Shown here: in pieces, positions 30,575 through 39,889 of the stretch | Numbering within the stretch: position 1 is the first letter of the stretch | Layout of the letters: every line of letters begins with the position of its first letter | Assembly (NCBI GenBank): GCA_050287785.1 | Contig: JBNKCO010000003.1 | Coordinates: forward strand, 31,294 to 95,293 | Length of the DNA stretch: 64,000 nt | Reading direction: 5' to 3' | Origin: Bacteroidales bacterium | Lineage (GTDB): Bacteria > Bacteroidota > Bacteroidia > Bacteroidales > UBA10428 | Notes under the pieces: model-generated | The model's input: the letters and a program-made list of their open reading frames with translations, nothing else | What the model was told of the DNA's origin: nothing | The model's database searches: none | Made by a program: the position numbers and the translations under genes

Positions 30575-32560
30575 TTAAAAATTAATTTTTACTTGAGCCT
30601 TATATTCGTTTTTTTTGTTTGTAGTGTCATCAAATGGATTTGTGTTTGCATATCGAAGCCACAAAGTGATGTTCTTTCCAAGTTTCTGTCTAAGCATTAT
30701 GTAAAACTTTTGTCCATTCCCATTATAGGCAGGTATCGAGTAGGCATATAACACATCGTTTTCGTAGGCATATATCTTTGAGTCAGAATCGTCGATGTTA
30801 AACTGAGCATATCTGAAATATAAGGAACTACCAATTGGCATGTGGTAGGAAATATCTTGATATAAAAGATACCCATTCGCCCTGGATTTTCCTGAAAAGT
30901 CACTTTCAGATACTTCTATCCGGCTAGCCATTCGCAACTTCTCAGATATTTTGTACTTGGCATAAATGCGCAGACTTTGTTTCTGTAAGGGAAGAATTTC
31001 TGTTGTCTTCTGGTTTTCCGATTTGAAGTTTTTCTCTTTTTCTTTGAATTTATAGCGTAGAATTAATTCAAAACTACGAGTTGGCATATAATCCATTTCA
31101 ACAAGATAATCAACTCCTTTTGAAGGTCCATTGGAATTAAAGCTAAACCAAGGAATTGAAAAAACATCTGAATATGCAGATAGAGTTGTTTTCCAGTCGG
31201 TATACCATTTTATTCCCGCGAACAAACCTTTTTCATTATTAGGATCTCCGGATTCAACCATTGGATTTGCATATGGTGAATAATACTCTGGCTGATAATG
31301 CCTATAAAACAAATTCCCTGTAAACCGACTGTTAGGCATTAAATTTACTCCGACAATTCCGGCCAGCCCATTATTTGCATATGCTACTTCTCCATAAAAC
31401 TGAGTTTTTTGAAATAGAATCTTAAAATCGGTACTATACCCATCATAGCTATTCCCGGTAAACGAGTAGTATTTGTATGTTTTACTATCAGGTTCAACCG
31501 GCATTGAATATTCAGAGTGTAGCCAATTGAATCCTGCGCTATATTTTAGGCTTTTGAAAATAATAGAAGCTCCGTATGCAATTTCTTCAATATTGTTTTT
31601 TCTGGCAATTTCGGTTGCACTTCTATGATAACCAGATATGTTTATACTTCTTAAAAAATCTTCATTAATCAAAGTGTCTATATCTATTGTTCCATCAATT
31701 TGTTTAGAAGAGCCCCATATTGTTAACCAGAGTTTATCTTTTCCGATTGTAGCGGCAGCTCCTCTTAAAAAATTATATTCGTCTTTAGAGGTATTTGCAC
31801 TAATTCCCTGACCTCTTTTTTGGATTGATGTAATTTCAGAAGATTTACCAGAGGAATAGCCATTCCAAATAAGTAAGCCTTGTCCCAATCGCACACGATA
31901 ATCGCCAAGTGTAAGACTTTTTAGAAAGGTTTTTGTAGTAATATGCGCATATCCTGAATAAAAATCATACCCATATTTGTTAACACCCTTTGCAAATTGT
32001 TCACCAGCATCTTTTTCAGCAACAAGGCCAATTTTTAGAAAATTAGAGAAAGAACCTGAATATTTTGTGTATTGCTGTATAGGTGACCCTATATAATTTT
32101 TGTTAGCATTGTCTCTGTACGAGGTTCGGAGAAAGATTTCGTGATTACTTCTTTTTACAAGATCTTTTAAACTTCTTTTCTTAGCATATTCTACAGGTCC
32201 ACAAACGATAAAAGGAGTAATTAAATCAACCGTTCTGTCATTGAATCCATAAACATACCGAAGTTCATGAATAGAAACTATTTGTCTCATTTTCCTCCGA
32301 TATTCAATTATGGAAGTAATCTGGAAGTCGTTTAAAATAGTAAGTTTCTCTAGCTCATCAGCTGTTGCACTATTTATATTTAGGGGATTTTGATAAAGAA
32401 ACTCAAGGTCGCTTATTATAGATTCTAAATCAGCATCTTCGCTAGTGCTTGCTGTTTGCTCAATAATGTTTTCAATATAATTATTGATTTGTTGCTCATC
32501 CTGTGCATAAGCCCAGATTGCAGGGAATATTATTACTGTTATGAATAATAACTTCCTCAT
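30575..32560 (-). CDS. Helix-hairpin-helix (ComEA-like) domain protein with C-terminal beta-barrel
   Basis: PLNINSATADEL..L...QI.SII.YR...ELRYVYGF HhH; EKDAGE, GQGL, YAYENDVLY; terminal Phe. Confidence 0.85.
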   Translation of the reverse strand: MRKLLFITVIIFPAIWAYAQDEQQINNYIENIIEQTASTSEDADLESIISDLEFLYQNPLNINSATADELEKLTILNDFQITSIIEYRRKMRQIVSIHELRYVYGFNDRTVDLITPFIVCGPVEYAKKRSLKDLVKRSNHEIFLRTSYRDNANKNYIGSPIQQYTKYSGSFSNFLKIGLVAEKDAGEQFAKGVNKYGYDFYSGYAHITTKTFLKSLTLGDYRVRLGQGLLIWNGYSSGKSSEITSIQKRGQGISANTSKDEYNFLRGAAATIGKDKLWLTIWGSSKQIDGTIDIDTLINEDFLRSINISGYHRSATEIARKNNIEEIAYGASIIFKSLKYSAGFNWLHSEYSMPVEPDSKTYKYYSFTGNSYDGYSTDFKILFQKTQFYGEVAYANNGLAGIVGVNLMPNSRFTGNLFYRHYQPEYYSPYANPMVESGDPNNEKGLFAGIKWYTDWKTTLSAYSDVFSIPWFSFNSNGPSKGVDYLVEMDYMPTRSFELILRYKFKEKEKNFKSENQKTTEILPLQKQSLRIYAKYKISEKLRMASRIEVSESDFSGKSRANGYLLYQDISYHMPIGSSLYFRYAQFNIDDSDSKIYAYENDVLYAYSIPAYNGNGQKFYIMLRQKLGKNITLWLRYANTNPFDDTTNKKNEYKAQVKINF

Positions 32561-33432
32561 TTTGATTTGCGTTCAAAGGAATAATTAAAACTAACGAAGG
32601 AAGAGAGTCCTAAAACCGGATGCTGGGTAAAGGCAATATCTCCACTGAACTTGTTCTTTTTGTAACCTAGTCCAAAAGAATACCGGAATTGGTCATCGGT
32701 TGAAACTCCAAAACGAACTGCTAAAACAGGAATAAGTAAAACTTCACTTCCCGCACTAATTGTAGTGTTATTGTTTTTATCAAGGTTAACTTGTGAGGTA
32801 ACCAAAAAAACATCAGCTTTCCAAGCTGCACCCAGGGTAAAGAAAGAAGGCAGGTTTTCTGCTTCATAGTCTTTATATTTTGACCCGGTTACATTGTATA
32901 AATGACAACCAATATTAAGGTTCTCTATAGGATTTACTAATAAACCAATTTCTCCCGCTAATGCACCCGAGGGCTCATAGTCTTCTGGCAAGTTTGCCCT
33001 GAAATAATCCAGTGAAATTCCAGCATTAACAATTTCCCCAAGTTTATGAGCATAACCAAAAGCATATTTTTGTTCATTATAACTTTTGGTGCCAAAGTAA
33101 GATGCGGTTATTCCAAAGCCGCCATAACTAATCGGAAGAACGCCAGCTAGTGAGCTAATACTTAACTCTTGCAACAAGAATTGATTTGTGTAATGTACCC
33201 CCAGGTTTGGGTCGCTTACACTAGCTAAGCCTGCCGGATTGTGAAACATAGACCAGTTTCCTCCAAGAGCTACTCCTGTATTTGCCAAGGCAGCTTCACG
33301 AGCTCCTGCACGAAACGCATTCGCCTGGCCGTTAGATTTATACGTAGTTGAAGATAGAAAAAGTATAACAGCGAAGCATAATAAGCGAATTGTGAGGCTT
33401 TTATGTTTAATATGGAGGAGAGATAATTGCAT
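32557..33432 (-). CDS. PorV/PorQ/FadL-like outer-membrane barrel protein
   Basis: GAREAALANTGVAL...HNPAGLA plug motif; terminal HPVLGLS; 4-bp overlap with the HhH gene. Confidence 0.75.
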   Translation of the reverse strand: MQLSLLHIKHKSLTIRLLCFAVILFLSSTTYKSNGQANAFRAGAREAALANTGVALGGNWSMFHNPAGLASVSDPNLGVHYTNQFLLQELSISSLAGVLPISYGGFGITASYFGTKSYNEQKYAFGYAHKLGEIVNAGISLDYFRANLPEDYEPSGALAGEIGLLVNPIENLNIGCHLYNVTGSKYKDYEAENLPSFFTLGAAWKADVFLVTSQVNLDKNNNTTISAGSEVLLIPVLAVRFGVSTDDQFRYSFGLGYKKNKFSGDIAFTQHPVLGLSSFVSFNYSFERKSK

Positions 33433-33456
33433 TTGTATGGGAGATTTAAGAATAGA

Positions 33457-33963
33457 TTAATTCGTTTTGTAATCGTAATTAACCTCTTTTAATTCTTCGT
33501 TTGCTTCGACAATTTTATTTTTTAAGCTGTCTTTGAAATCTGCTAAGCGGTTTGCTATTTCTACATCAGCATTGGCTATTATTTGTGCAGCAAGTATTCC
33601 TGCGTTTTGAGCACCATTTATACCAACAGTTGCAACTGGAATTCCAGGAGGCATTTGTACAATTGCTAATAAAGCATCCATTCCGTCCAAACTAGCATTA
33701 ATTGGAACACCAATTACCGGAATTTTTACCATAGAGGCAATTACTCCAGGTAAATGCGCGGCCATACCTGCGGCGGCAATAATTACTCTAATGCCCCTTT
33801 CTTCAGCATTTTTTGCAAATGCTTCAACCTGAGATGGTGTGCGATGAGCTGAAAGTGCATTTATCTCGAAGGGAATTTTCATATCATTTAAAAAATCGGC
33901 AGCTTTTTTCATAATTGGGAGATCCGATGTGCTTCCCATTATGATGCTAACTTGTGGAGTCAT
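33457..33963 (-). CDS. purE: N5-carboxyaminoimidazole ribonucleotide mutase
   Basis: IIMGSTSD, SAHRTP, AGMAAHLPG, VQMPPGIPVATV. Confidence 0.97.
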   Translation of the reverse strand: MTPQVSIIMGSTSDLPIMKKAADFLNDMKIPFEINALSAHRTPSQVEAFAKNAEERGIRVIIAAAGMAAHLPGVIASMVKIPVIGVPINASLDGMDALLAIVQMPPGIPVATVGINGAQNAGILAAQIIANADVEIANRLADFKDSLKNKIVEANEELKEVNYDYKTN

Positions 33964-34107
33964 ATCTTTTTTTAATTATCAGTTTTAATTTATTATTCGG
34001 TAGAATTCTTATTTTCGCAAGATAATAATTTTGCCATTCGAAAAAGGGATTATCTAAAGCTTTGGTAAATTTACATAACAGAATTACAAATAGAAAAGAA
34101 AATTTAA

Positions 34108-34650
34108 TTGATGAAAACTGTACAAATCCTTGACAAGAAGTTCACTGTTAGTATTCCTGCAAATGAAATCCAGAATAAAATAGCGCAAATGGCTGAGCAA
34201 ATAAATAAAGAGCTTAAGGACCAAGATGTTGTTTTTGTGGTTATTCTTAACGGAGCCTTTATGTTCGCCAGTGATTTATATAAGTTAGTTAACATTAACA
34301 GTAGAATTTCATTCTTAAAGCTTGCTTCATACCAGGGTACTTCATCATCTGGTCAGGTAAAGCAGTTAATAGGATTAAATGAGTCTCTTAAAGGAAAAAC
34401 AGTTGTAGTTATTGAAGATATTGTAGATACAGGACATACCCTGGATAGTATTCTTAAGCAGTTAGGCGGTTTTGAACCTACAGATATAAAGATAGCATCG
34501 CTTCTTTTTAAACCTGACTCGTTTCAGTATGATTATAAGATAGATTATCTTGGGTTTAGTATTCCAAATGATTTTATTGTTGGATATGGGTTGGATTATG
34601 ATGGATTTGGAAGAAATCTGGATAGCATTTATACCATTATTAACACATAA
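34108..34650 (+). CDS. hpt: Hypoxanthine phosphoribosyltransferase
   Basis: LNGAFMF, SY, VIEDIVDTGHTL, FIVGYGLDY. Confidence 0.95.
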   Translation: MMKTVQILDKKFTVSIPANEIQNKIAQMAEQINKELKDQDVVFVVILNGAFMFASDLYKLVNINSRISFLKLASYQGTSSSGQVKQLIGLNESLKGKTVVVIEDIVDTGHTLDSILKQLGGFEPTDIKIASLLFKPDSFQYDYKIDYLGFSIPNDFIVGYGLDYDGFGRNLDSIYTIINT

Positions 34651-34664
34651 CAAACAAAAAATTT

Positions 34665-35237
34665 ATGCTGAACATCGTTTTATTTGGACCTCCAGGTGCT
34701 GGAAAAGGAACTCAAGCTGAAAAGCTTTTAGAGAAATATAAACTAGTGCACCTTTCGACAGGAGACATTCTTCGTAATGCAATTGCAAACAAAACTCCTT
34801 TAGGACTTGAAGCAAAGAAAAAAATGGACAAGGGAGAACTTGTTCCTGATGAAGTTGTAATCGGAATGATTGAAAGAAGGATTGATAATAACAAAGATGT
34901 AAATGGCTTCATTTTTGACGGGTTCCCAAGAACAACAGCACAGGCAGCTGCCCTGAAGCAAATGCTGGTTAAAAAGAATATTCCTATTACAAAAATGTTA
35001 GCACTCCAAGTCGAAGATGATGAACTGATTAAACGATTGTTGTTAAGAGGTAAAGACTCTGGTAGAGCTGATGATCAAGACCAATCAATAATTGAAAACC
35101 GAATTGCTGTTTACAATAAAACCACCGCTCCTGTAATTGATTTTTATGAGGAACAAGGAAAATATAGAGCAATAGATGGAGTTGGAACAATTGATGAGAT
35201 TTTTGACCGCCTCTGTGCCGAAATAGATAAAAAGTAG
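34665..35237 (+). CDS. adk: Adenylate kinase (short LID)
   Basis: GPPGAGKGTQ, HLSTGDILR, DGFPRT, GRADD. Confidence 0.96.
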   Translation: MLNIVLFGPPGAGKGTQAEKLLEKYKLVHLSTGDILRNAIANKTPLGLEAKKKMDKGELVPDEVVIGMIERRIDNNKDVNGFIFDGFPRTTAQAAALKQMLVKKNIPITKMLALQVEDDELIKRLLLRGKDSGRADDQDQSIIENRIAVYNKTTAPVIDFYEEQGKYRAIDGVGTIDEIFDRLCAEIDKK

Positions 35238-35322
35238 TTTTAAGTATAGAGTTTAAGGTTTAAGTTTGTTCTCAATTATTTTCATGCCTTAAACTATTAG
35301 CTCGAAACTTTTAACTCAAAAA
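35236..35322. repeat. Mirrored degenerate heptamer repeats
   Basis: AGTTTTA/AGTATAG/AGTTTAA/GGTTTAA facing CTTAAAC/TATTAGC/TCGAAAC/TTTTAAC at a 7-bp period. Confidence 0.55.
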
Positions 35323-35329
35323 TAAATAA

Positions 35330-36316
35330 ATGGCTGATTCGAATTTTGTTGATTTTATAAAGATATATTGTCGATCGGGGAAAGGTGGCCCTGGATCTAC
35401 ACATATGCGTCGGGAGAAATATATTCCTAAGGGAGGTCCTGATGGTGGCGATGGAGGACGAGGAGGTCATGTTATTGCAAGAGGTAATCGAAATCTTTGG
35501 ACACTTATCCATTTACGGTATAAGAAACACATTATGGCTGGACATGGAGCATCTGGTTCGGGAGCATTAAAGTCTGGAGCTGATGGATCTGACGTTTATG
35601 TTGAAGTGCCCTTGGGAACAATTGTGAAAGATGAAGAAACCGGTGAAATTATTTGTGAAATAACAGAGCACGATGAAGAAAAGATTCTTGTTAAGGGAGG
35701 CCGTGGAGGTTTAGGGAACAATAATTTTAAAACTTCTACAAATCAAACTCCGCGGTATTCACAACCTGGAGAAGACGCAGTTGAGGCCAGGTTTAATTTT
35801 GAATTAAAAGTGCTTGCCGATGTCGGGTTGGTTGGATTTCCAAATGCAGGTAAATCGACATTGCTTTCTGTAATCTCAGCGGCTAAACCTAAAATTGCCG
35901 ACTATGCTTTTACTACGCTTACTCCAAATTTGGGAATAGTTTCCTATAGAGACAATAAGTCTTTTGTTATGGCCGATATTCCTGGAATAATAGAAGGAGC
36001 TTCGGAAGGGAAGGGTTTAGGCATAAGGTTTCTGAGACATATAGAACGTAACTCTACATTATTATTTATGATTCCTGCCGATTCTGAAGATATAGCAGAA
36101 GAGTATAAAATTCTTTTAAAAGAACTCGAGACCTATAATCCTGAATTATTAGATAAGAAACGTCTTTTGGCTATTACAAAATCAGATATGCTTGATGATG
36201 ATTTAATAAAAGAGATTAAGTCTGATTTACCATCAATACCATATATTTTTATATCTTCAATTACTAATGCTAATATTCAGGAATTGAAAGATATGATTTG
36301 GGAGCAGTTGCAGTAA
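35330..36316 (+). CDS. obgE: GTPase ObgE/CgtA
   Basis: [35 protein letters not shown]. Confidence 0.97.
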   Translation: MADSNFVDFIKIYCRSGKGGPGSTHMRREKYIPKGGPDGGDGGRGGHVIARGNRNLWTLIHLRYKKHIMAGHGASGSGALKSGADGSDVYVEVPLGTIVKDEETGEIICEITEHDEEKILVKGGRGGLGNNNFKTSTNQTPRYSQPGEDAVEARFNFELKVLADVGLVGFPNAGKSTLLSVISAAKPKIADYAFTTLTPNLGIVSYRDNKSFVMADIPGIIEGASEGKGLGIRFLRHIERNSTLLFMIPADSEDIAEEYKILLKELETYNPELLDKKRLLAITKSDMLDDDLIKEIKSDLPSIPYIFISSITNANIQELKDMIWEQLQ

Positions 36317-36351
36317 AATATTTTACTGTTTTTGGTGATCTATTGTGAAAT

Positions 36352-37017
36352 CTAACTAAGTACCTTTGTTTTTTCTACTTGTTTACACCATCTAAGAACT
36401 GTTTCGTAACGTATTCCGGTAATTTCAGATATTCTTTTTGGAGGGTGTTTCTCTCTAAGTTTAACAACTGTACTTTTTATATCATTTGAATAGCGTGGCG
36501 ATGCTACTTTATTTTTACAGTATCGTTTTCTGATTCGTATTATACTCATCTCAGAAACTCCATATTCTTTACTGATTGTGTTGGCTGTCTCTCCATTATC
36601 AAGTCGCTGGGCAATTCTAATAGCTTCTTCATAAGATATTTTTGAACCTCCACGATAGGTCTGGTCTCGAAAGGATACACCCGCACCTGGAATATTTTGT
36701 TTTACCCTTAAATCGTAAACAGTCTTATTATTGCCCCAGGTAAGATTAGAATGGTGATTGTTTAAAGTATTACAATCTTTATGAATCACAAGTTTGTGAG
36801 CTACTGGTCGTTTGTTATTTACCCATGCTTCGGCAACTATCCTGTGAATATAATATTGTTTGTTTTTAATTGAGCAGCATTTATATCCGTTTGAATGTTT
36901 GCTGGATTTAATATGGTATTGATTAACAAGCTTGTCATTAAAAAAGACTTCACTTCCATCTTCGTTTATCCTAATAGTTCCTTTTGTCCCCTTAAGTTTA
37001 ATTTTTTTAAATTCCAT
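36352..37017 (-). CDS. HNH_3-like domain protein with two C-terminal HTH motifs; catalytic site degenerate
   Basis: NGY, YIHRIVAEAW, VIHKDCNTLNNHHSNLTW; HTHs TANTISKEYGVSEMSIIRIR and PKRISEITGIRYETVLRW; start assumed at ATG 37017. Confidence 0.8.
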   Translation of the reverse strand: MEFKKIKLKGTKGTIRINEDGSEVFFNDKLVNQYHIKSSKHSNGYKCCSIKNKQYYIHRIVAEAWVNNKRPVAHKLVIHKDCNTLNNHHSNLTWGNNKTVYDLRVKQNIPGAGVSFRDQTYRGGSKISYEEAIRIAQRLDNGETANTISKEYGVSEMSIIRIRKRYCKNKVASPRYSNDIKSTVVKLREKHPPKRISEITGIRYETVLRWCKQVEKTKVLS

Positions 37018-37434
37018 GATCTGAGTGCGTTTTTCAATAAATAATATCTGCACGTATTCTCTTTCGAGGTAGTAAGAATTATTGGTAGCTAATAAGGGTA
37101 ACTCCATAGGTTGAAAAAGGTTCAAAACTTAAATGTTAAAGTTTATATAAATATTCATAACATACAGCTAATTAATTATTAAGCAATGCTTCGTGTTGTT
37201 TTAGGCTTCTTATAATAAATGGGCAATCAATATTATAATGGAAGTCTCAATTAGGGTGTAACATTTTAATCACCCCAGATTCTAAGGTTAAATTTTCGAC
37301 CGCTTCCAGAGGATTGATACTTTCTTTTTAGGTGTTGACAGACTTGCTTTAAGCTCATTCAGGCAATTTAGTAGTTATGTCAATCACGAATAAGAATACA
37401 AGCTTGAAAGGTTTAAAAGTGTTAACTTAGCTTA

Positions 37435-38088
37435 ATGAAAACAGCACTTGTATTTGGAGCAACTGGTTTGGTTGGAGGTTATTTGGTTGAAGAATTAACT
37501 TTTAATTCAACTTACACGAAAGTCAAAATTTTTGGAAGAAGAACATTGGGGATTAATAATCCAAAAGTTGAAGAGCATATTATTAATTTTGAAAAGCTGG
37601 AGGAAGCGAGCGAATTAATAAAAGGGGATGAGATTTTTATTTGTCTTGGTACAACTATTAAAAAAGCTGGCACTTACAAGGAAATGGAGAAAATTGATTG
37701 GCACTATCCTGTTTCAATCGCTAAAATTGCCCAGTTAAATGGGGTTGGAGCTATTGCTGTTGTATCATCAATTGGAGCTAAGAAAGATTCAGGGAATAAA
37801 TATCTGCAGATTAAGGGTAAAATGGAAGAGGAGATTCTAGGTTTGAACTTCAGCAATATTGTTGTAGCACGTCCTTCAATTTTATTAGGTTCAAGAAATG
37901 AATATCGTTTTGGAGAAAGTGTGGGGAAAGTTGTTATAAAAGCATTTGGTTTTCTTATGCTCGGAAAACTTAAAAGGTACAAAGGAATTCATGGAAGAAA
38001 AGTTGCTAGAGCATTGATTAATATATTGAGTAAGAATCTTAAAGATAAAATCTTCCAATCAGATTATTTAGAGGAGCTAGGCTCATAA
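37435..38088 (+). CDS. NAD(P)-binding oxidoreductase (TIP30/CC3-like atypical SDR)
   Basis: GATGLVG, CLGTTIKKAG, VSSIGA, YxxxKG, RPSILLG. Confidence 0.9.
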   Translation: MKTALVFGATGLVGGYLVEELTFNSTYTKVKIFGRRTLGINNPKVEEHIINFEKLEEASELIKGDEIFICLGTTIKKAGTYKEMEKIDWHYPVSIAKIAQLNGVGAIAVVSSIGAKKDSGNKYLQIKGKMEEEILGLNFSNIVVARPSILLGSRNEYRFGESVGKVVIKAFGFLMLGKLKRYKGIHGRKVARALINILSKNLKDKIFQSDYLEELGS

Positions 38089-38185
38089 CATTCCAATGTA
38101 GTCTTCAATGTAAATAGCCTTTTTTGAAAAATTCTTTAACATACCGATAGAAATATCTTTATTTTAGCAATTAAGTATACTAATT

Positions 38186-39049
38186 ATGCCCTGGACCAAT
38201 TACCATAGTCACACTCATTTTTGCGATGGGAGTGATGATCCCGAATTATATATTGAATATGCTATTAAACAGAAGATGATTGCTTTTGGTTATTCTTCGC
38301 ATGCTCCTATATTGTTTGACTCAGAATGGACCATTCCTGATAATAAACTAGATGATTATCTTGAGCAGGTTAAAAGCATCAAGAAAAAGTATGCCGATAG
38401 AATTGAGACCTACCTTGGGCTTGAAATAGATTTTATTCCTGGTTGTTCAGGAAGGCATAGCCACATCCTTGAAAATTTGGAATTAGACTATTTTATTGGA
38501 TCAATTCATTTTGTTGAATCATTTAATGATGGGACATTTTGGAATATTGACCATAATAAGAAACTATTTGAGAAAGGATTGAATGAAATATTTAAAGGTA
38601 GTTTCAGGGCTGCATCGGATAGGTTTTACGAATTAACCCGACAAATGATTGAACAGGATGCACCTGATGTAGTTGGCCACCTTGATAAGATTAAAATGTA
38701 CAATAGCAATCGGCAGTATTTTTCAGAGGATGAAAGTTGGTACAAAAATCAAGTGGAGGAAACATTAAAAGCTATCAAGCGCTCTGGAACAATTGTAGAA
38801 GTAAATACAAGGGGTTACTATAAATACAATCAGCTTGATTTATATCCCAGTCAGTGGATAATTGAAAAACTTGCGAAGAAAGATATTCCGATAATGTTAA
38901 ATTCTGATTCGCATGAACCTCATGAAGTAAACGAGGGATTTAGTTATGCTGCTGAAAAGTTAAAAAAAGCGGGAGTGAAAAGGTTGTGGGCGTTAATAGG
39001 GGCAGAGTGGCAAGCTTATGAATACAATTCAGATGGACTAATATTATAA
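38186..39049 (+). CDS. PHP-family histidinol phosphatase (HisJ/HisK type)
   Basis: NYHSHTHFCDG, SSHAP, GLEID, GSIH, GHLDK, EVNT, SDSH. Confidence 0.9.
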   Translation: MPWTNYHSHTHFCDGSDDPELYIEYAIKQKMIAFGYSSHAPILFDSEWTIPDNKLDDYLEQVKSIKKKYADRIETYLGLEIDFIPGCSGRHSHILENLELDYFIGSIHFVESFNDGTFWNIDHNKKLFEKGLNEIFKGSFRAASDRFYELTRQMIEQDAPDVVGHLDKIKMYNSNRQYFSEDESWYKNQVEETLKAIKRSGTIVEVNTRGYYKYNQLDLYPSQWIIEKLAKKDIPIMLNSDSHEPHEVNEGFSYAAEKLKKAGVKRLWALIGAEWQAYEYNSDGLIL

Positions 39050-39526
39050 GATTACTTTCTTTGTAATCATTCCGGCTTCATCGTAGCTAATCCATTCACC
39101 AATTTGTACGTTATTATGATAACTCCCTTTTTGTTTTATAACTCCTGTGGAATACCACGAAATAAAACGGCCAATTAATGTGTCGTTTTTATATTCAACT
39201 TCAAATGTTTTATTTCCTGCAGCGTCGTAACCTGTCCACTTGCCATTAAAGTTGCCTTCGCGGTAGTGCCCAATACGTTTGATTACACCATTTTTATAAT
39301 AACTAATATGACTACCATCAAGAATACCGTTCTTGAAGTTGATTTCTTCTTTTAGTATCTCAGTTTTATAAAAATAAACAAGACATCTTCCGGTAAAGGG
39401 TTTTATCTCATCTTTCAGGTAAAATATATCATCTGGTAATTGGTCCTCAGTTAAGATAACATCGTGCTTTGAACATGAGATGGTTAGAATTGGTATAAGT
39501 AGTATGAGGTATTTAAGTGTATTCAT
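39044..39526 (-). CDS. MORN-variant repeat (YwqK-like) lipoprotein
   Basis: Lipobox TISC; repeats SYYKNGVIKRIGHYREG, SWYSTGVIKQKGSY. Confidence 0.8.
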   Translation of the reverse strand: MNTLKYLILLIPILTISCSKHDVILTEDQLPDDIFYLKDEIKPFTGRCLVYFYKTEILKEEINFKNGILDGSHISYYKNGVIKRIGHYREGNFNGKWTGYDAAGNKTFEVEYKNDTLIGRFISWYSTGVIKQKGSYHNNVQIGEWISYDEAGMITKKVIL

Positions 39527-39819
39527 TTTTGTAATTGTTCCAAGAAAGTATCAGTTATATCTTTTTTAACGGAAGCTTTTCTATGGAGTTAATTTAACTT
39601 GGTAGAAGTGCCATTTAATATGGTGAAAGTGGAATTACAAAAGATAAAAGGAAAGTTAAAATTAAGATTTTTGTCAATAGCTAAATATAATAGAATGCCA
39701 GAAAGTAGCTAATGGTAGTGGTAAGAGGTATGTTGTGGGAATGAAAATAATTTGGAAATAATTCATTCTTTAGCAATGCGATGTGTTCTTTCAAGGCATA
39801 ATTTAGGCTATAAACAGAA

Positions 39820-39872
39820 AGATTGAAGTCTGAGGGGAAGGTATTTATTTTCAGACTCTCAGACTTCAATCT
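39820..39872. terminator. 15-bp perfect inverted repeat just downstream of parC
   Basis: AGATTGAAGTCTGAG (39820-39834) / CTCAGACTTCAATCT (39858-39872). Confidence 0.55.
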
Positions 39873-39889
39873 ACTGATATTTTTTATAC

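Noticed and set aside
36352-37434. HNH gene as IscB/OMEGA or HEARO element, or as an intron-encoded endonuclease
   Set aside because: No PLMP motif, split RuvC or CxxC zinc finger; the flanking genes are uninterrupted; no convincing structured RNA or terminal repeats visible by eye.
39044-39526. Toxin-antitoxin or immunity system suggested by the YwqK-like repeats
   Set aside because: No adjacent toxin; MORN-variant lipoproteins are common in Bacteroidota.
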